From positions 1-32,437 of the forward strand of contig CAMOFW010000002.1 in the NCBI GenBank assembly GCA_946613765.1: a DNA stretch of 32,437 nucleotides, given 5' to 3'. The DNA comes from an uncultured Mycoplasmatota bacterium. Lineage in GTDB: Bacteria > Bacillota_I > Bacilli_A > RF39 > UBA660. The position numbers and the translations under genes are program-made. Below are positions 1 to 8,464 of the stretch, in pieces (positions within the stretch are counted from its first letter, which is position 1; each line of letters starts with the position of its first letter). The notes beneath the pieces are model-generated. The model was not told the origin of the DNA. It saw only the letters and a program-made list of their open reading frames with translations, and ran no database searches.

Positions 1-307
1 CATGTCCATCAACTAAAGGACAACGATAAGAGAAATCTTGTGCCATTCTAACCATAGCTTCATAAATAGATGAATCACCATGTGGATGGTATTTACCCAT
101 AACATCTCCGACGATTCTTGCACTCTTAACATGAATCTTATCAGAAGTATGTCCTTCTTCCCACATACCATATAAAATACGTCTATGAACTGGTTTTAAA
201 CCATCTCTTAAATCAGGAATAGCACGAGAAGTAATAACTGAGGCAGCATAGTCAGTAAATGATTTACTAACCTCATCAACAATATTATTTTCCATTAAAT
301 TATCCAT
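1..307 (-). CDS. gyrA: DNA gyrase subunit A, N-terminal ~102 codons only (gene runs off the window start)
   Basis: Not in the ORF track. My translation of the minus strand from ATG 307..305 gives [103 protein letters not shown]. This is the conserved GyrA N-terminus. SD GGAGGTGAGG lies at 314..323 (minus), 6 nt upstream, and the gene sits directly downstream of gyrB. Confidence 0.93.
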   Translation of the reverse strand, partial: MDNLMENNIVDEVSKSFTDYAASVITSRAIPDLRDGLKPVHRRILYGMWEEGHTSDKIHVKSARIVGDVMGKYHPHGDSSIYEAMVRMAQDFSYRCPLVDGH

Positions 308-322
308 ATACTACCTCACCTC

Positions 323-2236
323 CTATATATCTAAGTTTGCATATTCTGCATGTTCTTCAATAAACTTACGTCTAGGTTCTACTTCTTCACCCATTAAAGT
401 TGTGAATATCTCATCTGCAGCCATAGCATCCTCAACTGTTATTTTTCTAAGTACACGTTTATTTATATCCATTGTTGTATCAAATAATTCTTCTGCATCC
501 ATTTCTCCTAAACCTTTCATACGACCAATAATAGGTTTAACATTACCAGGAATCTCAGCTAATTTATTTTTTAATTCAGCTTCATCTAGTGCATAAGTAA
601 CATTTTTACCATATTTAATACTAAATAATGGTGGTTGAGCAGCATATACATGTCCTGCTTCAACTATAGGTCTAAAGAATCTATAGAATAATGTTAATAA
701 AAGTACACGAATATGACTACCATCAACATCGGCATCAGTCATAATAACAATTTTGTCATATCTTAACTTAGAAAGATCAAAATCATCACCAATACCAGTA
801 CCAAAAGCAGTAATAATAGTTCTAATTTCTTCATTAGATAATGCTTTATCTAATCTAGCTTTTTCAACATTTAATATTTTACCTCTAAGTGGAAGAATAG
901 CTTGAGTCATTGAATCTCTACCTTTTTTAGCAGAACCACCGGCACTATCACCCTCGACTAAGAATATTTCACATTCTTTAGGATCTTTACTCTTACAATC
1001 ACTTAACTTACCATAGAAGTTAGTAACATCTAAATCAGTTTTTCTTCTAGTTAATTCTCTAGCTTTTTTAGCAGCAATTCTAGCATTAGATGCTAAAATA
1101 GATTTTTCTACTATAACTTTAGCTTGATCAGGATTTTCCATTAAAAATCTTTCAAATCCTTTAGCAAATATATCAGAAGCTATCTTTCTAACTTCACTAT
1201 TACCTAATTTAGTCTTAGTTTGACCTTCAAATTGTGGATTAGGATGTTTACAAGATACAATCATTGTTAAACCTTCTCTAACATCATCACCAGTTAAAGA
1301 ATCATCACTATCTTTTAATATCTTAGCTTGTTTACCATAACTGTTAATAATTCTAGTTAAAGCTTGTTTAACACCATCCTCGTGTGTTCCACCTTCAGTA
1401 GTATGAATATTGTTAGTAAATGAATAGATTTGAGATTGATATGAGTTGTTATATTGACAAGCAACTTCAATAACAATATCATCCTCTTTACCTTCTACAT
1501 AAATAACATCATCATGAATAACAGTATTATTTTTATTTAACATATTAACATATTCAATAATACCACCATTATATAGATATTCTATTTTTTTAGCTGGTTC
1601 TTCTCTAAAATCTGATAAAGTAATTCTAATACCTTTATTTAAGAAAGCCATCTCTTGTAATCTTTTAGCTAATATATTCCATTCATATACAGTTGTTTCA
1701 AAAATAGTAGGATCAGCATGAAATTTAACTGTAGTACCAGTTCTGTTAACATCACAATCACCAATAATCTTCATTGGTTCAACTGGATGTCCACCATTTT
1801 CAAATCTTTGGAAATGAATCTTACCTTCTCTATATACTGTTACTTCTAAAAAATCTGATAAGGCGTTAACAACAGATGCACCTACACCATGTAGACCACC
1901 GGATACTTTATATCCGCCACCACCAAATTTACCACCAGCATGTAAAACAGTAAAAATTGTTTCAATTGTGGATAAACCAGTCTTAGCATTAATACCTGTT
2001 GGCATACCTCTACCATCATCTTTAACTTCAATTATATTACCTGGTAAAACTGATACTTCAATATCATCACAATAACCTGCTAAAGCTTCATCAACAGCAT
2101 TATCAACAATTTCCCATACTAAATGATGTAAACCAGTAATATTTGTATTACCAATATACATACCAGGTCTTTTTCTAACAGCTTCTAATCCTTCTAATAC
2201 CTGTATTGCATTATCTCCATAATTATTTTCTTTCAT
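323..2236 (-). CDS. gyrB: DNA gyrase subunit B
   Basis: ORF track, 637 aa. GHKL ATPase and Toprim signatures are present ([67 protein letters not shown]). SD GAGGAGG at 2244..2250 (minus) is 7 nt from the ATG. Confidence 0.98.
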   Translation of the reverse strand: MKENNYGDNAIQVLEGLEAVRKRPGMYIGNTNITGLHHLVWEIVDNAVDEALAGYCDDIEVSVLPGNIIEVKDDGRGMPTGINAKTGLSTIETIFTVLHAGGKFGGGGYKVSGGLHGVGASVVNALSDFLEVTVYREGKIHFQRFENGGHPVEPMKIIGDCDVNRTGTTVKFHADPTIFETTVYEWNILAKRLQEMAFLNKGIRITLSDFREEPAKKIEYLYNGGIIEYVNMLNKNNTVIHDDVIYVEGKEDDIVIEVACQYNNSYQSQIYSFTNNIHTTEGGTHEDGVKQALTRIINSYGKQAKILKDSDDSLTGDDVREGLTMIVSCKHPNPQFEGQTKTKLGNSEVRKIASDIFAKGFERFLMENPDQAKVIVEKSILASNARIAAKKARELTRRKTDLDVTNFYGKLSDCKSKDPKECEIFLVEGDSAGGSAKKGRDSMTQAILPLRGKILNVEKARLDKALSNEEIRTIITAFGTGIGDDFDLSKLRYDKIVIMTDADVDGSHIRVLLLTLFYRFFRPIVEAGHVYAAQPPLFSIKYGKNVTYALDEAELKNKLAEIPGNVKPIIGRMKGLGEMDAEELFDTTMDINKRVLRKITVEDAMAADEIFTTLMGEEVEPRRKFIEEHAEYANLDI

Positions 2237-2238
2237 TT

Positions 2239-3324
2239 TTAAACCTCCTCAACTTTACCATCAGTCACATGAAATACTTTAGAATTCTTAATAATTGAAT
2301 TATTAATCTTATCAATTTCAGTTGTAGTAATAAATGTTTGAATATCATCATCAATAATACTTAATATATTATTAATCTTTTCAACATCAAGTTCACTAAA
2401 TAAATCATCTAATATTAATATTGGTAACTTACCTATATTATCTTTAAATACACTTATTTCAGCTAATTTATACGCTATAATAGCATTCTTTTGTTGTCCT
2501 TCACTACCATATTCTTTTAAATCTTTATTTTTAAATTTAAAATATATATCATCATGATGTACACCAAATCTAGTAATACCAAATAACATATCTTTTTCTT
2601 GATTCTCTTTATATTTTTTCTTAATCTTATCAATATCTAATTCATTATAATCACTTATATATTCAACAGATATATCTTTAATATTACATATATCTTCATA
2701 TATCTTAGTAATATACTTATTAATACTCTTTATATAATTAACCCTGTATTCATGTATTTTAAGCCCTAAATCAATTAATTGATCAGTTAATACATCTAGA
2801 TAGTCTTTAGACATATTAGAGTTAATATAAAGTGTTTTAAGGTATGAATTACGTTGTTTTAATATCTTATTATAATTACTTAAATATTTAAGATATTGAT
2901 TATCAAATTGTGATATTGAAACATTTAACAACTTTCTTCTAATACTAGGAGAATCTTTTATTATTTGTAAATCATTTGGATTAAAAAGAACAATCTTAAT
3001 TTTAGATATATAATCACTTATTTTTTTATAGTTATTATTATCTACTTTAACCAATTTACCAGACTTAGTAATATTTATTTGATAATTATTATTTATTTCA
3101 TCTTTAACAGTACCAACTATTTTAGTATAATCACTATTATCTTTAAGTAATATCTTTTCATTATTACTTCTAAAAGACTTAGTTAAAGCTAACACATAAA
3201 TAGCCTCAATTAAGTTAGTTTTACCCATTCCATTTTTACCATAAATAATATTATTTTTAGAAAATTTAAGATTAATTGAATCATAATTTCTAAAATTTAC
3301 CAATTTCAAATCTACTAATTGCAT
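2239..3324 (-). CDS. recF: DNA replication/repair protein RecF
   Basis: ORF track, 361 aa. It has an SMC-like Walker A ([14 protein letters not shown]) and Walker B ([12 protein letters not shown]) and the canonical position upstream of gyrB. SD AAGAGGA precedes the ATG. Confidence 0.93.
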   Translation of the reverse strand: MQLVDLKLVNFRNYDSINLKFSKNNIIYGKNGMGKTNLIEAIYVLALTKSFRSNNEKILLKDNSDYTKIVGTVKDEINNNYQINITKSGKLVKVDNNNYKKISDYISKIKIVLFNPNDLQIIKDSPSIRRKLLNVSISQFDNQYLKYLSNYNKILKQRNSYLKTLYINSNMSKDYLDVLTDQLIDLGLKIHEYRVNYIKSINKYITKIYEDICNIKDISVEYISDYNELDIDKIKKKYKENQEKDMLFGITRFGVHHDDIYFKFKNKDLKEYGSEGQQKNAIIAYKLAEISVFKDNIGKLPILILDDLFSELDVEKINNILSIIDDDIQTFITTTEIDKINNSIIKNSKVFHVTDGKVEEV

Positions 3325-3357
3325 AAATTGTCCTCTTTTAAGTCAAATAATCAAAAT

Positions 3358-3387
3358 AATAGGTATAATAATACTCCTATACCTATT
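3358..3387 (-). terminator. Hairpin downstream of the comK-like gene (candidate intrinsic terminator)
   Basis: Perfect 10-bp inverted repeat AATAGGTATA (3358..3367) / TATACCTATT (3378..3387) with a 10-nt loop. On the minus strand it is followed by the T-rich ATTTTGATTATTT. Confidence 0.45.
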
Positions 3388-3390
3388 ACA

Positions 3391-3399
3391 ATTATAACA
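3391..3399 (-). promoter_or_regulatory. Extended -10 element TGTTATAAT (candidate recF-gyrBA promoter)
   Basis: The minus strand reads ttTGTTATAATtg. There is no good -35 (A-rich). The predicted start falls inside the 5' arm of the 3358..3387 hairpin. Confidence 0.35.
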
Positions 3400-3419
3400 C
3401 AAAATAGACTATTTTTTTA

Positions 3420-3890
3420 CTATTTTTTTGATTTTTTGCCCATTTTTTCACCTTTTCTGGTAGTTAATAAATATTGTAATCTAGATGAACGTAAAACTTG
3501 GTTATCTAACATACCATATGAGATAGGTAAAACAACGATTTGACCGTCTTTAAATACCAATTTTGAACCTTCATTATGCTTTTCATAATGATCAATATTA
3601 TTAAGTGAAATCCAAGAACAAGAAGCAAGTCTAGGTGATGCAGTTGGAAAGAAAATAATTGAATTAGATTCTTCTACTAAAATAGGTAATTTATGAGTTA
3701 AATTTAATATTCTTGCAGAACTTGCTTTTCTACCCTCAAAATTACTACCAAAGTATAAACAACTATCTTCCATTATCTTATCTACACTTTCTTTAACTAC
3801 ATACTTATTATCACTTTCATATACTATAGATTCATTCTCATTTTTAGGAATAATAGCTAAAGTATCACTATTTATTTCATATGATTCCAT
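3420..3890 (-). CDS. comK: ComK-family competence transcription factor homologue
   Basis: ORF track 3420..3893. I prefer ATG 3890, with GGGGG SD 8 nt upstream, because the track's first codon is TTG. Ordered motifs are ESYEIN..T.AIIP, SC.YFGSNFEGRK, THKLPILV, FFPTASP....CSWIS and LPISYG..DNQV. They are colinear with B. subtilis ComK as I remember it (ESYEVN, SCRFFGSSYAGRK, SHKPPIMV, LFPT.S....CGWIS, LPISYNSFENQV). Confidence 0.8.
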   Translation of the reverse strand: MESYEINSDTLAIIPKNENESIVYESDNKYVVKESVDKIMEDSCLYFGSNFEGRKASSARILNLTHKLPILVEESNSIIFFPTASPRLASCSWISLNNIDHYEKHNEGSKLVFKDGQIVVLPISYGMLDNQVLRSSRLQYLLTTRKGEKMGKKSKK

Positions 3891-3939
3891 CAAATTCGCC
3901 CCCTTTCATTTAAAATGTCTCTAAAATATCAAATATTTA

Positions 3940-3968
3940 TGTCGAAATTTATCAAAATTTGTCGATAA
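3940..3968. promoter_or_regulatory. Tandem TGTCGAA / TGTCGAT repeats (Spo0A-box-like; the second also reads as a DnaA-box-like TTATCGACA on the minus strand) upstream of comK-like
   Basis: TGTCGAA lies at 3940..3946 and TGTCGAT at 3960..3966, 20 bp apart start to start. They sit about 50 and 70 bp upstream of ATG 3890. TTATTCACA at 3977..3985 is identical to the oriC box variant. Confidence 0.3.
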
Positions 3969-3984
3969 CTATAAATTTATTCAC

Positions 3985-4012
3985 AAAAAAAAGCAAATAT
4001 TTAAATTTGCTT
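3985..4012 (-). terminator. Intrinsic terminator after dnaN
   Basis: On the minus strand, AAGCAAAT / ATTTGCTT form an 8-bp stem (3991..3998 and 4005..4012) with a 6-nt loop. A T-run follows (A-run 3985..3990 on plus). Confidence 0.65.
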
Positions 4013-4016
4013 AATT

Positions 4017-5132
4017 TTAATATGTTTTAATTGGTAATATTAATTGAATTAATGATTCATCTTCAGTTGATTTAATAACTATAGGTTTAGTATCACCATT
4101 TAATAATATTAATATTTCTTCATCTTTAAATGTCTTTAATGCTTCTAACATATATCTAGCACTAAATGAAATATCAAATTCTTCATTAGTATTACTTACT
4201 ACATTTAATTGTTCATTAGATGATCCTTGTTCAGCAATAGACGAAATATTAAGTGAATTATTAGCTAAATGCATCTTAATAATATTTTTATCTCTACTAT
4301 TAGTTAATAATGCTGCTCTAACTACTGCACTATTATAATCTTTTAAATTAGTATTTAACATAATATTAAATTCACTAGGTATTAAATTAGTAGTATTTGG
4401 ATAAGTTCCTGCTAATAGATTACTTTGGAATGTAATATTCTTATAATTAAATATAATCTTGTTATTAAATATGTGAATAGTTAAATCTTCATCATCTGTT
4501 AATATCTTATCTAATTCTAATACATTCTTACCAGGTACAACTATATTTATATCTTCACTTACAGCATTATCTAACTTAATAGTCTTCTTAGCTAATCTAT
4601 ATGAATCAGTAGCAATACATTCTAATATATCACCTATTATCTTAATATTAATACCAGTTAATAATGGTCTTAATTCTTGTGTAGATATAGCAAATACTGT
4701 TTGAGAAATAATAGTTTTAAATACATCACTCTTAATAACAATAGGATTCTTATTTTCTTCTATCTTAACATTAGGATATTCACTAGGATCATAACAATTT
4801 AAATTATATTTACTATTACCAGATGAAATATTAATCTTTAATCCTTCTAATACTTCAAATTCAATTTTATCTTCAGGCATATTTCTAATAATATCTATTA
4901 ATCTATCACTAGATACTACAATATTACCAAAACTATCAACACTATCAATATCTTCTTTTTTAATTAATGATTTAATTAATAAGTCACTATCACTAGCTGT
5001 TAATAATAAACCATCTTCATTTAATTCTAATTTAATACCATTTAATATAGGTATAATATTTTTAGAAGATATAGCTCTACATACATTTACTATATTTTCT
5101 AATATTAAATTTTTATCGATTGTAAATTTCAT
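4017..5132 (-). CDS. dnaN: DNA polymerase III beta sliding clamp
   Basis: ORF track, 371 aa. The length is typical of a three-domain clamp and the gene lies immediately downstream of dnaA. SD AGAAGGAAAA precedes the ATG. Confidence 0.95.
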   Translation of the reverse strand: MKFTIDKNLILENIVNVCRAISSKNIIPILNGIKLELNEDGLLLTASDSDLLIKSLIKKEDIDSVDSFGNIVVSSDRLIDIIRNMPEDKIEFEVLEGLKINISSGNSKYNLNCYDPSEYPNVKIEENKNPIVIKSDVFKTIISQTVFAISTQELRPLLTGINIKIIGDILECIATDSYRLAKKTIKLDNAVSEDINIVVPGKNVLELDKILTDDEDLTIHIFNNKIIFNYKNITFQSNLLAGTYPNTTNLIPSEFNIMLNTNLKDYNSAVVRAALLTNSRDKNIIKMHLANNSLNISSIAEQGSSNEQLNVVSNTNEEFDISFSARYMLEALKTFKDEEILILLNGDTKPIVIKSTEDESLIQLILPIKTY

Positions 5133-5268
5133 TTTTTTTCCTTCTTTCTTTTTATATTAAATAAAATAATAATTATAATAATACAGTTAATAATGTGTAT
5201 AACTTGTTTTTATCCTATAATATAAGGATTTATATATGTTTATAACTAATTTTTTATTAACAAGTTAT
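5133..5268. other. dnaA-dnaN spacer: probable second half of a bipartite oriC (DnaA box plus AT-rich unwinding candidate)
   Basis: TTATACACA is read on the minus strand at 5194..5202, and a degenerate TTATCCTAT lies at about 5210..5218. Next comes an almost pure A/T tract, 5133..5190, with 3-nt periodic TAA TAA TTA TAA TAA TAC at 5167..5184. The order dnaA - box - AT tract - dnaN mirrors B. subtilis incC. Confidence 0.45.
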
Positions 5269-6672
5269 CTACAATTTACTTTTTATTTCGTTAATAATAT
5301 TTTGTAATTCTTTATTTTCTTTTAAATCTTCAGTTATTTTATCATATGCATGAATAACTGTTGAATGGTCTCTATTACCAAATTCTAAACCTATTCTAGT
5401 AGTGGATTCTTCTGTTAACATTCTACATAAATACATACCTAACATTCTAGGATATGCAATAGGATTACTTCTTTTCTTACTCTTCATAGCTTCTACTGTT
5501 ATTTCATAATAATCAGCTACAGCCCTTTGAATAGTAGAAATAGAATTATTTGAATATATATTAGCAGTTAAATCTCCACCTAAAGCTTCAGCTACAAACT
5601 TTAGATCAATCTTTTCAGGTACATACATTGCTGTATAAGCCTCAACTCTGGTAATTGCTCCTATTAATGGTCTAATATCACCATCATATAAATTAGCAAT
5701 ATAATCAATAGCATCTTCAGTAATAATCTTAGATATTGAATAACTCTTTAACTTTTCTTTTAATATTCTTACCTTAAGATCAAAATCTGGTGGAAAGATA
5801 TCAACAGGTAGTGAATAAGTTAATCTACTCTTTAATCTTTCTTCTAATTTATTTAAATCTTTAGGTGAAGTATCTGAACTAATAACTATTTGTTTACCTT
5901 TATTATAGAACTCTTCAAATATTTGAAAGAATTCTTGTTGAGTCTTCTCAGCTCCTACTAGGAATTGAATATCATCAATAATTAATACATCAATATCCCA
6001 ATATTTACTTCTAAAATCCTTAGACTTATTAAATACTTCTTCTTTACTACCACTTGTTATATTAATAAAATCATCTCTAAATGCTGCAGAAGTAGTATAT
6101 AAAACCCTTAAATTAGAATTATCATTAATATAATTACCAATAGCGTGCATAAGATGGGTTTTACCAACACCACATTTACCAAATATAAATAATGGATTAT
6201 ATATTTTACCTGGTTGTTGTGCTACTGCCATAGCAGTTGTCTTAGCAAACTTATTAGTATCACCAATAACATAGTTATCAAAAGTTAAATCTTTCTTTAA
6301 ATTAGTATCAAACTTTCTTTCCTCATTAACTACATTATTAATAGGATTGTTATTAACTTCTACATTATTAACAACCTTTTCTTCATTATTAACTAGATCT
6401 TGAATCTCTTCTTCTAAAAGTAATTGTATCTCATAAGTAATACCAGTAATCTCAAATAAAGCATCTACTAAAGTGTTATACCATTCTTCTTTAGAAAGTA
6501 TTGCTTTATGAGTAAGCATTGGTACTTTAATGATGATTTTATTATTTTCTTGATCTAATTTATATAATTCTAAAGGTTTAATCCAAGTATTAAATGTAAC
6601 TGGACTTGACTTTTCTTCTAAAATAGACTGAAATTTCGACCATATATCGATCGCTACCAAAATCATCACCAC
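5269..6672 (-). CDS. dnaA: Chromosomal replication initiator DnaA
   Basis: ORF track, 467 aa. AAA+ Walker A (GKCGVGKTHLMHAIGN), Walker B (VLIIDDIQFL) and the C-terminal DNA-binding motif (DHSTVIHA) are present. The start is ambiguous. The track begins at GTG 6672, but GGGTGGTGA overlaps these codons and fits a TTG start at 6660 or ATG at 6666. Confidence 0.97.
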   Translation of the reverse strand: MVMILVAIDIWSKFQSILEEKSSPVTFNTWIKPLELYKLDQENNKIIIKVPMLTHKAILSKEEWYNTLVDALFEITGITYEIQLLLEEEIQDLVNNEEKVVNNVEVNNNPINNVVNEERKFDTNLKKDLTFDNYVIGDTNKFAKTTAMAVAQQPGKIYNPLFIFGKCGVGKTHLMHAIGNYINDNSNLRVLYTTSAAFRDDFINITSGSKEEVFNKSKDFRSKYWDIDVLIIDDIQFLVGAEKTQQEFFQIFEEFYNKGKQIVISSDTSPKDLNKLEERLKSRLTYSLPVDIFPPDFDLKVRILKEKLKSYSISKIITEDAIDYIANLYDGDIRPLIGAITRVEAYTAMYVPEKIDLKFVAEALGGDLTANIYSNNSISTIQRAVADYYEITVEAMKSKKRSNPIAYPRMLGMYLCRMLTEESTTRIGLEFGNRDHSTVIHAYDKITEDLKENKELQNIINEIKSKL

Positions 6673-6747
6673 CCTATAAAATACCGTCTACAACTCAATT
6701 ATAAATCATAAATTAATTTTTTAAAACACAAGATTTTCAAAATTAAC

Positions 6748-6990
6748 TTATTCACAGGTTATACACAACAATATTCACAAATTAACACCTATAATATCGT
6801 AAAAAAATGAATTTATCAACACTATTCACAAATTTTTTATAAACAATAAATTAACATGTGAATATACTTATTAACATAATCCACACTTTATTAACAATAT
6901 ACCTATTTTATAGTATATAAATTGTGAATATCTTGTTAATAATAATGTGAATATAACTTTTTAACCTATAAAACTTGACTTTTATCCATA
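6748..6990. other. oriC, dnaA-upstream DnaA-box cluster
   Basis: Ten 9-mers lie within 1-2 mismatches of TTATCCACA. These are TTATTCACA 6748..6756, TTATACACA 6759..6767, ATATTCACA 6771..6779, TTATCAACA 6813..6821 and CTATTCACA 6822..6830. The rest are TGTGAATAT 6857..6865, TAATCCACA 6877..6885, TGTGAATAT 6923..6931, TGTGAATAT 6947..6955 and TTATCCATA 6982..6990. The cluster lies in the 367-bp gap between divergent dnaA and rpmH, where gene orientation flips. Confidence 0.8.
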
Positions 6991-7004
6991 TATTATAGTA
7001 CAAT
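6975..7004 (+). promoter_or_regulatory. Candidate sigma-A promoter of rpmH-rnpA
   Basis: -35 TTGACT at 6975..6980, an 18-nt spacer, and -10 TACAAT at 6999..7004. The spacer contains the DnaA-box-like TTATCCATA. Confidence 0.5.
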
Positions 7005-7039
7005 ACCCTTGCAAAACTTTTAGATGTGGAGGTGCAATT

Positions 7040-7162
7040 ATGAAAAGAACTTATCAACCAAACAATAGAAAAATGGCTAAGAAACATGGTTTTTTTGCAA
7101 GAAAAGAAACTAATATTTTAAATAGAAGAAGAGCTAAAGGTCGTAAAAAATTATGTAAATAA
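7040..7162 (+). CDS. rpmH: 50S ribosomal protein L34
   Basis: Not in the ORF track because it is too short. My translation is [40 protein letters not shown] (40 aa). It has the classic MKRT(F/Y)QP..RK..K.HGF start. SD GGAGGTG lies at 7028..7034, and the gene has the canonical position upstream of rnpA. Confidence 0.93.
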   Translation: MKRTYQPNNRKMAKKHGFFARKETNILNRRRAKGRKKLCK

Positions 7163-7184
7163 TCCACAAGTCTGTGGATTTTTT
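7162..7184 (+). terminator. Hairpin plus T-run between rpmH and rnpA (terminator/attenuator candidate)
   Basis: ATCCACA (7162..7168) and TGTGGAT (7173..7179) form the stem, with loop AGTC, followed by TTTTT. Both arms also read as DnaA-box-like (TAATCCACA, TGTGGATTT). Confidence 0.5.
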
Positions 7185-7201
7185 CTAAAGGGGATAATTT
7201 T

Positions 7202-7528
7202 ATGAAGAAATATGAAGTAGTTAAAGAACACAAAGAATTTAATGATATAATTAATAACTCTAATTATATAAAGAATAATAATTTTGTTATATATTATAGA
7301 AATTCAGAATTTAATTATCCTAGATTTGGTATTGCTATATCAACAAAATTTGGAAAAGCACACATAAGAAATTATTATAAAAGAATAACAAGGAATATAA
7401 TTGATATTAATAAAAAATCATTTAAAAATAATATGGATTATATTATAATGATTAAGAAGAACTCATCTTTATCTAAATATAATGATTTAAAGGATAGTTT
7501 TGAAAACTTATTAAAGGAGCTTAATTAA
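7202..7528 (+). CDS. rnpA: Ribonuclease P protein component
   Basis: ORF track, 108 aa. The protein is basic and carries a FGIAISTKFGKAHIRNYYKR motif of the RNR-type. It has the canonical rpmH-rnpA-yidC position. Confidence 0.9.
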   Translation: MKKYEVVKEHKEFNDIINNSNYIKNNNFVIYYRNSEFNYPRFGIAISTKFGKAHIRNYYKRITRNIIDINKKSFKNNMDYIIMIKKNSSLSKYNDLKDSFENLLKELN

Positions 7529-7529
7529 T

Positions 7530-8462
7530 ATGAACAAAAAATTCAAAGTACTTGTACTTATTCTTATGGTAGCATTAACAACTTCTTGTACTAAGTATAT
7601 TAAAGAAGATAATAAGAGTGTTGTATATGAAGCAACAGGTCAAACATTAGCATCTAATATCTTATGTAAGCCTGTAACTGAAGATTTATATAATTTCTAT
7701 AAAGAACATGAATCTTCAATGGAAGTTAAATTAGATGACTTAGTAGAATGTAAAGAATATACTCCTACTAAAACAGCTTATAAAGGTTTATGGGAAACAC
7801 TTCTTGTTAAACCAATTGCTTGGTTAATACTAAAACTAGGAGAATTAATTACAAACTATGGTTTATCAGTTATGTTAATGTCTTTATTAATTAGAGCATT
7901 AATGATTCCAATTTCTAAAAAGAGTATGGCTCAATCAGAAAATATGAAGAAAGCCCAACCAGAAATGGCTAAGATTGAAAAGAAATATGGAAACAAAACT
8001 GATCAAGCATCAATGATGGCTAAATCACAAGAAATGATGATGGTTTATAAAAAATATGATATAAATCCTGTAAGTGGATGCTTAACAGCATTTATACAAT
8101 TACCTTTATTCTTTGCTTTCTTAGAAGCAATCAATAGAGTACCAGCTATATTTGAAGATAAATTATTTGGAATGAACTTAGGTATGACTCCATTAGTTGG
8201 ATTATCAAAAGGTAATTATATATATATAGCTTTAATAGCAATTATTATATTATCAACATTTATTACATTTAAATTTACAATGTCACAAAATCAAGGTGGA
8301 CAAGCAGATCAAATGAAATTTATGATGACATTTATGTTAGTAATGATTAGTGTTGCATCACTTTCATTACCAACAGCAATTGCATTATACTGGATTGTTA
8401 ATAATGTATTTGCTATAATACAAAATATAATAGTTAAAAAATCCATTGAAAAGAGGAAGTAA
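7530..8462 (+). CDS. yidC: Membrane protein insertase YidC/SpoIIIJ (lipoprotein type)
   Basis: ORF track, 310 aa. It has the lipobox LTTSC and Oxa1-family core motifs (PISKKSMAQSENMKKAQPEMAKIEKKY, INPVSGCLTAFIQLPLFFAF). Confidence 0.93.
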   Translation: MNKKFKVLVLILMVALTTSCTKYIKEDNKSVVYEATGQTLASNILCKPVTEDLYNFYKEHESSMEVKLDDLVECKEYTPTKTAYKGLWETLLVKPIAWLILKLGELITNYGLSVMLMSLLIRALMIPISKKSMAQSENMKKAQPEMAKIEKKYGNKTDQASMMAKSQEMMMVYKKYDINPVSGCLTAFIQLPLFFAFLEAINRVPAIFEDKLFGMNLGMTPLVGLSKGNYIYIALIAIIILSTFITFKFTMSQNQGGQADQMKFMMTFMLVMISVASLSLPTAIALYWIVNNVFAIIQNIIVKKSIEKRK

Positions 8463-8464
8463 AT

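Noticed and set aside
3894-4016. ComK K-boxes (AAAA-N5-TTTT pairs) for autoregulation upstream of comK-like
   Set aside because: Several near-matches exist, but A4/T4 runs are ubiquitous in this AT-rich DNA. I could not find a properly spaced pair of AT-boxes, so this is indistinguishable from background by eye.
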